A DNA stretch of 64,000 nt, taken from contig JAFGXD010000090.1 of assembly GCA_016936815.1 (NCBI GenBank), forward strand, positions 67,833-131,832. The letters are read 5' to 3'. The translations under genes were made by a program, and so were the position numbers. The stretch is from Bacteroidales bacterium (GTDB lineage: Bacteria > Bacteroidota > Bacteroidia > Bacteroidales > GWF2-38-335). Position 1 is the first letter of the stretch; every line of letters starts with the position of its first letter. Under the pieces are notes generated by a model. That model searched no databases. It was given only the letters and a program-made list of their open reading frames with translations, and was not told the origin of the DNA. Shown in pieces: positions 46,567-55,700 of the stretch.

Positions 46567-48765
46567 ATGAGAAAAATCCTACTGTTTGTTCTAATATTTA
46601 ACCTTTTGTCTTATAATTTCTTAGCAAATGAAATAGATAGTTTAATGAATTTAATTAAACTTGAAAAAAACGATTCTATTAAAGCTTCATTGTATTTGGA
46701 AGCTTATGTTTATACAAAATATAACAATTTTGATTCTTCCCTAAAATATATTAAAGAAGCTGAAAAAATAGCCAAAGCCCACAAAATGCAAGTTCTTCTT
46801 GCCATGTGTTATAACGATTTCGGTAATTACTACGAAAAATGCAGTGAATACGATAAATCTTTGGAATATTATAATAAATCTTTGGAAATTTATTCGAAAC
46901 ACCAACATAAAAAAGGAATTGCCGATGCCTACGTAAATATGGGAATTGTTCAGGAAAAAACAGGCAATTACGAAAAATCTTTGCAATTATATTTAAAAGG
47001 TCTTGAAATAGACGAACAAAGAGGAGATTCTGCTTCAATTGCAGGAAGTTACAATAACATAGGATTAGTATTTAGGAGAATTGGCGATTATAATAAGTCT
47101 AGGGAATATCTACTAAAATCTGTTGAAATAAAAAAGAAATTACCCGATAAAAACAGCCTTGCTATTACCCTTAACAACCTTGGGGTGGCAGAAATAATGA
47201 TGGAAGATATTCCCGCAGGTCTGAAATATTTTAAAGATGCACTAAAAATTTATGAAGAATTAAATAACATACGAGGTATTGCCGATGCTTCAGGAAATAT
47301 TGGAAATGTTTACCGAAAAAATAAAGATTACGAAAATGCACATAAATATCTGCTTTTTGCACTTGAAAAAAGACAAGAAATGAAAGAGTATTTTGGGCAA
47401 GCAAAAAATCTTATAATGATTGCCGACAATTTGCGTGAATCAGGTAAAACTAAAGAAGCAATGGTTTATGCAAATAAAGGACTTGAACTGGCACAAAAAA
47501 TAAAAACTCCTGAAATAGAAATGGAATCGTATAGAAGCATTTCAAATATTTATTCTGAAAAAGGAGATTATAAAAACGCCTTGTCTTTTTACATTAAAAT
47601 GAGCGAATTTAAAGACAGCCTTTACAAAGCAGGCATTTCATCTACAATACAGGAACTAGAAGCAAAATATGAATTTTCTAAAAAGCAGGAAGAAATAGCA
47701 ACTCTTGAAAAAGAAAAACTAGCCGATAAACTAAAAATTGCTGAAGAAAAAGAAGCCAATCGTCAACAAAAACTAACTAACGAAAAACAAAAAATTGCAC
47801 TTTTTGCTGCCTTAATAGGATTGCTAATAATTTCCATTTTTTCTATTGTAGTATTCAGGCTTTTTAGACAAAAACGACAGGCTAATATTTTACTTAACCA
47901 ACAAAAAGAGGAAATCCTTTCCCAAAGAGATGAAATAGAGGCACAACGAGATTTGGCAGCACAACAAAGAGACCTTATCTCGGAACAAAAACAAGATATT
48001 ACTGATAGTATTCAATATGCATATAAAATACAATCGGCTATTTTTCCAAATCCTGAAGAAATTAAACTGGTACTAAACGACTTTTTTATTTTTTATAAAC
48101 CACGTGATATTGTTTCAGGAGATTTCTACTGGGTTTCTAAGCAAGGGAAAAAGGTAATTATTATAGCTGCCGATTGCACAGGACACGGGGTCCCGGGAGC
48201 TTTTATGAGTATGTTGGGTGTAGCCTTTCTTAATGAAATAGTAAATAAAGAAAACATTAGCTCTCCCGATACTATCTTAAACCGCTTGAGAGAAAACATT
48301 ATTCTTGCCCTAAAACAAACCAACCAGTCGGGCGAACAAAAAGACGGAATGGATGTGGCCGCAATTACTATAGATACAGAAAACAATACCGTAAGTTTTT
48401 CGGGCGCAAACAACCCTCTTTACCTTATTAAAAATAATAAATTGCTTGAAATAAAAGGCGATAAAATGCCGGTTTCAATTCACACACAAATGAAACCATT
48501 TACTTTGCATAAATTTAATGTTGAAAAAAATGATAATGTATATATTTTCTCCGATGGATTTCCGGATCAGTTTGGAGGACCCAAAGGAAAAAAATTCAAA
48601 TATCAACAGTTTAAACTTTTGCTTGAAAGTATTTCAGAAAAACCTATGGTAGAACAAGAAAAAATTTTAAATGAAACTTTTAATAATTGGATTAATTATT
48701 CAAATAACTATGAAGTAAGATACGAACAAATAGATGATGTGCTAGTAATGGGAATAAAACTTTAA
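46567..48765 (+). CDS. Sensor phosphatase TPR-TM-signalling helix-SpoIIE/PP2C (paralog 3)
   Basis: 732 aa with five heptads (QKEEILS QRDEIEA QRDLAAQ QRDLISE QKQDITD). PP2C motifs VSGDFYW, DCTGHGVPGAFMSMLG, KDGMD, SDGFPDQFGG, QIDDVLVMGI. Confidence 0.85.
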   Translation: MRKILLFVLIFNLLSYNFLANEIDSLMNLIKLEKNDSIKASLYLEAYVYTKYNNFDSSLKYIKEAEKIAKAHKMQVLLAMCYNDFGNYYEKCSEYDKSLEYYNKSLEIYSKHQHKKGIADAYVNMGIVQEKTGNYEKSLQLYLKGLEIDEQRGDSASIAGSYNNIGLVFRRIGDYNKSREYLLKSVEIKKKLPDKNSLAITLNNLGVAEIMMEDIPAGLKYFKDALKIYEELNNIRGIADASGNIGNVYRKNKDYENAHKYLLFALEKRQEMKEYFGQAKNLIMIADNLRESGKTKEAMVYANKGLELAQKIKTPEIEMESYRSISNIYSEKGDYKNALSFYIKMSEFKDSLYKAGISSTIQELEAKYEFSKKQEEIATLEKEKLADKLKIAEEKEANRQQKLTNEKQKIALFAALIGLLIISIFSIVVFRLFRQKRQANILLNQQKEEILSQRDEIEAQRDLAAQQRDLISEQKQDITDSIQYAYKIQSAIFPNPEEIKLVLNDFFIFYKPRDIVSGDFYWVSKQGKKVIIIAADCTGHGVPGAFMSMLGVAFLNEIVNKENISSPDTILNRLRENIILALKQTNQSGEQKDGMDVAAITIDTENNTVSFSGANNPLYLIKNNKLLEIKGDKMPVSIHTQMKPFTLHKFNVEKNDNVYIFSDGFPDQFGGPKGKKFKYQQFKLLLESISEKPMVEQEKILNETFNNWINYSNNYEVRYEQIDDVLVMGIKL

Positions 48766-48860
48766 AATAAAAATAACGGATATTTTTGTAACAAAAACTA
48801 CTTAAATTAAGTAATTAATAGGCAATAAAATCATTTTTTTTCAAAAACATACGATAAAGA

Positions 48861-48891
48861 TTTGCAACAAATAGTATTTGTATTATATTTA
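48861..48891 (+). promoter_or_regulatory. Possible promoter TTTG-N19-TATATTTA upstream of the kinase / DUF1987 pair
   Basis: TTTG at 48861-48864 and TATATTTA at 48884-48891 (last base A rather than G). It lies 20 nt upstream of ATG 48911. Confidence 0.35.
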
Positions 48892-48910
48892 TGGGTTTTA
48901 AATAAGAAAA

Positions 48911-50035
48911 ATGTTAGAAGAAACGGAAAATAGAAAGTTGAATTTTGCTCTGGAACTGTTCAGAATAATGCAGAAAGACAATCTGGGTTATATTTACAGG
49001 GGTAGATTCAATCAGGAGATAACCGACAGTATCTTGTCGCTTACCGAAACTAATTTAGATAAGGAAGAAGAATCTCCTAAAATTAAAAAGAGAGTATATT
49101 CCATTATGGTAGAATGTTTACAAAACATTACAAGACATCAGGATGATACCAAAGAAGAATCCAATGATAGTTTTGGTGTTTTTGTTATTCAAAAAGAAGG
49201 TGAGAAATACTACATTACCAGCGGTAATCTTATTGATAAAGAAAACATTCCAAACATAACCGACCTTATTGAAAAGATAAACAGTCTCGATAAAGACGAG
49301 TTGAAAGATTATTATAAAGAGGTTTTGTCTACCGGTGAATTATCGAGCAAAGGAGGTGCCGGTTTAGGTCTCATTGATATGGCTAGAAAATCCGGAAATA
49401 AACTGGCATATAGGTTTAAAGATGTTTCAGAAAAATTTGCGTATTTCTACTTACATACTATTCCTTCATTAAGTGTTGAAGGTGAAGATTTCGCCGACGA
49501 TGAATCGCTAACAAATATTGTTCATATTCACGAAATTTTAAATAACGAAAACATACTTCTAATTTTTAATGGGGTATTTAATCAGGGTTCACTCTTAAGT
49601 CTGCTTAACACTATTGAAGGTCAAATGGCCGGCCCTGCTAATACCAGAAGAAAAATGTTTTACATTGTGGTTGAAATGCTTCAAAACATTGTAAAACACG
49701 GATATAGTAATAAAAACAGTATTGGAAATCCCGGTCTGTTTTTAATAAGTGAAAAAGATGATAATTATTTTCTTACAACAGGAAATTATATTGAAAAACA
49801 AAATGTTGCAACTTTAAAGAAAAAATTAGAGAAGGTAAACAGTTTATCAGGAAAAGATTTGGAAAATTATTATAATGAGAGATTAGTTGACTTCGACAGC
49901 GACAATAATAAAAAATCGGGGTTGGGCGTTATTGACCTTAAAATGAAATCGGAAAATGAACTAAGGTTCGAACTTACAGAATTGGACGACAAAATGTCGT
50001 TTTTTGTACTTCAAGCCAAGGTGAAAATTACATAA
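48911..50035 (+). CDS. Tandem-duplicated SiaB/RsbW-like GHKL serine/threonine protein kinase (two modules in one polypeptide)
   Basis: 374 aa, read as two homologous halves of about 185 aa offset by about 187 residues. N-box-like E-x3-N-x3-H occurs in both (VECLQNITRH with E68/N72/H76; VEMLQNIVKH with E255/N259/H263). ATP-lid GGAGLGLIDMARKSGN is in half 1 versus KKSGLGVIDLKMKSEN in half 2. Other aligned blocks: FGVFVIQKEGEKYYITSGN / PGLFLISEKDDNYFLTTGN and SLDKDELKDYY / SLSGKDLENYY. Confidence 0.7.
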   Translation: MLEETENRKLNFALELFRIMQKDNLGYIYRGRFNQEITDSILSLTETNLDKEEESPKIKKRVYSIMVECLQNITRHQDDTKEESNDSFGVFVIQKEGEKYYITSGNLIDKENIPNITDLIEKINSLDKDELKDYYKEVLSTGELSSKGGAGLGLIDMARKSGNKLAYRFKDVSEKFAYFYLHTIPSLSVEGEDFADDESLTNIVHIHEILNNENILLIFNGVFNQGSLLSLLNTIEGQMAGPANTRRKMFYIVVEMLQNIVKHGYSNKNSIGNPGLFLISEKDDNYFLTTGNYIEKQNVATLKKKLEKVNSLSGKDLENYYNERLVDFDSDNNKKSGLGVIDLKMKSENELRFELTELDDKMSFFVLQAKVKIT

Positions 50036-50038
50036 TTT

Positions 50039-50410
50039 ATGAATTCATTTATTTTAGAACCTGCAGAAGATACTCCGGAAATAAATTTTAATCCGGAAAC
50101 CAATGTTTTCTATATTTCTAAAAGATCTTTACCCGAAAATGCAATTGATTACTATGGGCCCGTATTAGAATGGATTCAAGGCTTCTTAGATGAGAAGCCT
50201 AAGCAACTTACCATTGAATTTAAACTTGAGTATTTTAATACTGCCTCGGCAAAACAGTTGGCTAAACTGCTTTTGGTTTTAGAAAAATATAAAGAAAGCA
50301 CAAAAATATTGGTTAATTGGTTTTATAAACCTGAAGATAAAGACATGTTAGCTTCCGGAACCAGATTTTCAAAACTTATTCCTATTGATTTTAATTTTAT
50401 CGAGTATTAA
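50039..50410 (+). CDS. DUF1987 protein (SiaC-like regulatory phosphoprotein)
   Basis: 123 aa. ILEPAEDTPEINFNPETNVFYISKRSLPENAIDYYGPVLEWIQ and FKLEYFNTASAKQL match the DUF1987 pattern as I remember it. Thr68 (codon 50240-50242) sits in the YFNT motif. The start is 3 nt after the kinase stop. Confidence 0.75.
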   Translation: MNSFILEPAEDTPEINFNPETNVFYISKRSLPENAIDYYGPVLEWIQGFLDEKPKQLTIEFKLEYFNTASAKQLAKLLLVLEKYKESTKILVNWFYKPEDKDMLASGTRFSKLIPIDFNFIEY

Positions 50411-50413
50411 AAT

Positions 50414-52777
50414 TTATACCCTTATTCCAAAAACAAGCACATCGTCCATTTGCTGAGAATTACCCACCCAACCATCAAACTCCCCACTTAATTCAGAAAG
50501 TTGCTCTTTTATGCTTTTATTACTTAAACCTACAAGAAGATTTTCGAAACGCGAAGCCATGTATTTGCTATTGTCTTCTCCGCCAAACTGGTCTTTATAA
50601 CCATCTGTAAACAAATAAATCATGGTTCCTTTATCAAATTCAAGTTTATGTGTATTATAAACAACTTCTTCTTTTTGTGAGAAATAGCCTCCTATATTAA
50701 AAATATCTCCTTCAACTTGTTTTAGAATTCTGTTTTTAATTAAAAATATTGAATTATTAGCTCCTGCAAAAAATATTTCTCCGGAGTTTTTGTCAATTTT
50801 TAATAAAGAAATCACCATTCCATCGTTTTGAGCATCGTCGGCATTTTCTCCTTGTTTTAGAGCCTTTATTACTCCTTTGTTAAGATTGTATAGTATTTCA
50901 GATGGCTCAAATATTTCTTTTTCATTAACAATTTCACTAAGTAAAGTATGTCCAATCATACTCATAAAAGCCCCCGGGACCCCGTGTCCTGTGCAATCAA
51001 CAATCGCTAAAAACACCATATTCTCTTTTTCCGAAAACCAATAAAAATCTCCTGAAACAACATCCTTCGGTCTAAAAAACACAAACGATTCGGGAAAAAC
51101 TCTTTCAATATCTTTATTTGATGGCAAGATTGATTCCTGAATTTTTTTTGCATATTGTATGCTATCGGTAATAATCTTATGCGATTTGTGTAATAACTCT
51201 CTTTGTAATTCAATTTCACTGTTTCTTTTAAGCAATTCTCTATTTGCTCTTTTCTTTAGTTGATTTCTGCCAAAAAGCATTATTGCCAAAGTAAACAAGA
51301 AAAGTAATCCACCAATGGCTGTGTAAATTATTGTTTTATTTCTTTGTTGTTCATTTTTATGCCGTGAATCCGAAAGTTGTTGCTCCTTTTTTAATAGTTC
51401 ATTTTTTTTCTTTATTTCATCTAACTTATATCTTATCTGCATTTCCGACAACAACTTAGATTTTTCTTTGTCCATTATTGAATCTTTATACTGCGAATGA
51501 ATATTTAGATAATCGAATGCCAATTCCTTTTTTCCTAATTTTTCTAATGCATGAGCAAGCTCAAAACTGCTTTCTTTTATTCCTTCAAAATAACCAATAG
51601 AAAAAGAAATTTTCATTGCTTCCTCCAATAAAATAATTGCAACATTAATTTGATCTCTATGAATTTTAATTCCGGCAATTATTATCTTGCTGTTTACCAG
51701 CCCCTTTCTGTCGTTTATCTCATATTGAAATGTAGCACTCTTTTCAATATAATTTAAAGCATTTTTGTATTGTTCTAAATGAAAATACAGAGTACCAATA
51801 TTAAACAACAATGTTGCTTGTTCAGGCTTAAAGCCCTTTTTTTCAGCAAGTTCATATGCTTTTTCAAAATAAATTATTGCCGAATCGGCCTTTTGTATTT
51901 GATTGTAAATACTTCCAATATTGGTAAGTGCATTTACAAGGCCTTTTGTATCACCTCTTTCTATACAAATTCTCTGAGCATTTACACAATATCCCATAGC
52001 TGTTTCCCATTCTCCCTGCTTATTTTGTATGCTGCTAATATTAAGATATAAAGAAGCTAATAATGATTTGTCATTAATTCTTTCTAATATTTCCATTGCA
52101 TTAAAATAATGTTCAATAGCTAATTTTAAGCTTCCAATATCTTCATATATTACGCCTAAATTCGAAAGGTTAGTTGCAATACCAAGTTCATTTTTGTTTA
52201 TTCTGCATATTTCAAGCGATTTTTCATAAAGTTCAATAGCTTTTTGATGTTGACCTGTTAACTTATAACAAAGCCCCAGATTGCTTACGGGCTTACTGTC
52301 TTCTCCCGGTTTACCATGTTTCTGAAGAACATCTATAGAATTTTTTAAATATTGAATAGAAGTGGAATAATCGCCTTTATCCAAATAAATTAAACCTAAA
52401 ATGTTGTATTGAAGGCCTTCCAGACGTTTATTTTTTCCTTTTTTGGCAAGTTCGAAAGCCCTAAGCGATAAAATTTCAGCAGAATCAAGATTTCCTCTAA
52501 GCAAATGATAGGTTGCAAGATTGTCGTAGCTAAATAATAACCCGTTGTTATATTTATTTTTCTTAGCTAGAACTAATGCCTGATAAGAATACTGTGCATT
52601 TAATTGTGGATTAGAATATTTGTATTCGCTAGCTAAACTATTTAATAGGTCGGTTTTTTGGTTTTCATTTTGTGCATAAGAAAGAGCCAATTTCAAACTA
52701 TCTGCAATATTATTCGAAAATCCGGAAGAGAAACAGATAATAAAAAATATTACAAGTCTATTTTTCATAAATTTCAA
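50414..52777 (-). CDS. Sensor phosphatase TPR-TM-signalling helix-SpoIIE/PP2C (paralog 4)
   Basis: 787 aa with a signal peptide and a long TPR array. TM helix IIYTAIGGLLFLFTLAIMLFG. Three heptads (RNSEIEL QRELLHK SHKIITD). PP2C motifs VSGDFYW, DCTGHGVPGAFMSMIG, NDGMV, TDGYKDQFGG, QMDDVLVFGI. Confidence 0.85.
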   Translation of the reverse strand: MKFMKNRLVIFFIICFSSGFSNNIADSLKLALSYAQNENQKTDLLNSLASEYKYSNPQLNAQYSYQALVLAKKNKYNNGLLFSYDNLATYHLLRGNLDSAEILSLRAFELAKKGKNKRLEGLQYNILGLIYLDKGDYSTSIQYLKNSIDVLQKHGKPGEDSKPVSNLGLCYKLTGQHQKAIELYEKSLEICRINKNELGIATNLSNLGVIYEDIGSLKLAIEHYFNAMEILERINDKSLLASLYLNISSIQNKQGEWETAMGYCVNAQRICIERGDTKGLVNALTNIGSIYNQIQKADSAIIYFEKAYELAEKKGFKPEQATLLFNIGTLYFHLEQYKNALNYIEKSATFQYEINDRKGLVNSKIIIAGIKIHRDQINVAIILLEEAMKISFSIGYFEGIKESSFELAHALEKLGKKELAFDYLNIHSQYKDSIMDKEKSKLLSEMQIRYKLDEIKKKNELLKKEQQLSDSRHKNEQQRNKTIIYTAIGGLLFLFTLAIMLFGRNQLKKRANRELLKRNSEIELQRELLHKSHKIITDSIQYAKKIQESILPSNKDIERVFPESFVFFRPKDVVSGDFYWFSEKENMVFLAIVDCTGHGVPGAFMSMIGHTLLSEIVNEKEIFEPSEILYNLNKGVIKALKQGENADDAQNDGMVISLLKIDKNSGEIFFAGANNSIFLIKNRILKQVEGDIFNIGGYFSQKEEVVYNTHKLEFDKGTMIYLFTDGYKDQFGGEDNSKYMASRFENLLVGLSNKSIKEQLSELSGEFDGWVGNSQQMDDVLVFGIRV

Positions 52778-52778
52778 T

Positions 52779-55700
52779 TTATTCTTTTATTGAAAAACCT
52801 ATTACAAGAACATCATCTATTTGTCTTTGGTCTTTTTTCCAATCGGTAAATGCTAACTCTAAAGCTTCCTTTTGTTGCTGCATTTTAAGATTATTGTTAG
52901 CTGTTAGGAATTCCTCGAATCTGGCAGCCAAAAACTTATTATTATTTTCTCCGCCAAACTGGTCTTGAAATCCGTCGGTGTACATATAAACAGAGGTTTT
53001 CTCTACAATTTTAATATTATAATTTGTAAACTCAACATCTTCGCTAAATGAAAAGAATCCTCCTATAGAATAAATATCTCCTGCAATAATATTAGTCTTA
53101 TTTCCTTGAACCAGAAGAACATTGTGGTTGGCCGCAGATATTTCCAGACTGTTATTTTTCTTATCGTAACAGCAAACCGAAACGTCCATTCCATCGTCTT
53201 GTGTGTTTAGCGATTGTTCTGTTTGTTTTAAAACAGAAATAACTTGCTTATTTAGTAAACTAAGAATTTCAGAAGGTTTATGAATTTGTTTTTCTTTTAC
53301 AATTTCGTTAAGCAAAGTATTACCAATCATACTCATAAAAGCTCCAGGCACACCATGTCCGGTGCAATCGGCTACAGCAATAAATAATTTGTCTTCTGTT
53401 GTATGAAGCCAATAAAAATCGCCGGAAACAATATCTCTTGGTTTAAATAGAATAAATGATTCTGATAATATTTCTTTTAACTCGTCAATTCCCGGCAAAA
53501 TAGAATCCTGAATTTTTTTGGCATAAATAATACTGTCGGTAATTAAATTATGCGATTTTTCGAGTTCCTGATTGGCAATTTCGAGTTGGTCTTTTTGAGC
53601 CATAATCTCTTCTTTCTGTTGCATAATTTCTTCTTCAGCAGCTTTTACTTTACTTATATCCGAATCTATTGCAACCACTTTAATAACTTTTCCAAGCTCG
53701 TCTAAAACAGGTGTTAATGTTGTTTGTGTCCATAATTTTCCGTCTTTTGTTCTGGTCATAGATTCATAAATAACGGAAGCTTTTTCATCAACACATTTAT
53801 GAAAAATTTCGGCAATTCTTGGATTGGAACTAGATTTCAAAATGTTTCCACCTTTAATGTCAATGTATTGTTGAAGAGTAAAACCATATTTCTTGGTGAG
53901 ACTTTCGTTTACCCACTCAAAATTACCTTTTTCGTCCATTATTATTACAGCATTGTCGGTTTCTCTGGCAACAATAGAAAGTTTTTCAAGTTCCTTATTT
54001 GCATTTTCAAGCAAATCGCGCTGCGACATTATTTCTTCTTTCTGAATAAGTATTTCTTCTTCAGCTTGTTTTAGTTTGTTAATATTGGATTCAATAAGTA
54101 CAATTTTTCTAATATTTTTATCCCCGTCCATTACCGGAGTTAGAGTTGTTTGCATCCAAATATTTTTGTCTTTTGCAGGAAACTGAGCAGAATAAGAAAC
54201 CGACCTTTTTTCATTAAGACATTTATGAAAAATTTCATGTATTCTTTTACTGGAGCTGGATTCTAATATGTTTTTACCGTATTTAGCAATAAACTCATCC
54301 AAAGTATAACCATAAAGCCGGGTAAAGGCTTCGTTTGCCCATTCAAAATTACCTACCCCATCCATTATTAAAATGCTGTTATCGGTTTCTCTGGCTACCA
54401 ATGAAAGTTTTTCAAGCTCCGTATTTATGGTAATTAGTTGGTCGTTTGCCGATTGTATTTCTTCCTTCTGTTGCTGAATTTCTGCAGTTCGGTCGCTAAT
54501 AATTTTTTCTAACTTACGATTATCTGCTTTAAGCTTAATTGAGTAGATTCTCAGGACAATAAAAATAAGTATTACCCCAACACCAACATAAATTAAATAT
54601 GCCCACCAGGTTCTGTGCCAGGGAGGCAAAATTTCAAATGAATATACTGCAACCGGGCTTTCTAACCCGTATAAATTTTTAGATTTAACTTCAAATTTAT
54701 ATTCCCCTTCCGGAAGATTTGTATATTTAGCAGAAGTGTCTTTACTCCAATTTGTCCACTCATCGTCGTAACCAACCAGTCTCCATGAATAAAGGGTTCT
54801 TTCTTCGTAATGATAATATAAAGAGGCAAAACTAATTTCAATTGAGTTATTGCTAAAATTTATTTTAGGCAAGGAGTCTATTCCCTTAACATACATACCA
54901 TTAAATATTACCGAGTTTTTTCCAATAACTACTTTTTTAATTATTGTTTTTATGTTTTCTATTTCATTAATAACTATTTCGGGGTTATAACAAAACAAAC
55001 CTTCGTCGCCTCCAAACCAAAATAGTTTTTTAACTGTGTCGGCATAAACCATAAATATTGAACTTGAATTTGGAATATGTGTAAAAGGTTTCTCAATTAA
55101 AAAATATCCCTGATTACTTAATGAAACTACTCCAACTCGCGACTGTCCATTTGTTGCAAGAAACTTATTTCCAATATTTTCACTTGCTCTCTCGATTATA
55201 AATTTTTTTTCTGCCAAGTCCGAAAAAATTTTATTATTTTTTACAAAAAGATTTTCTTCTTTCACAACTGCTGCATCGGGATTATATATATAAGTTTCAC
55301 TTGTATCCATAACCATAAGTTTAGTATCTATAAAAAATGGTTTGGTAAAATTTTTTGGAAGCCCATGCTCAATTGAAAAATAATCTATCCTGCAATTAGA
55401 ACTAATTGAATCCCTGAAGTTTATTCTTGCCATTTTTTGTCCTTCGCTAATCCAACAATCGCCTTTAGAATCGATATAAAAATATTGCAACTCCTCATGA
55501 AAAACATCAATTGACCCTAAGCCTTTCCATTTTTTACCTTCAATTTTATAAATATACAGACCATTATCGTCGCCTATTAAAACATAATCCGTTTGTAAAG
55601 GGTGCTGACGTATTGCCCTGATACGATTATGTTTATTGAATTCTTTGGCTTTCAAACCTTCAATAGTGAAAATTCCTTCTCGTGATGCTGCATAAAGTTC

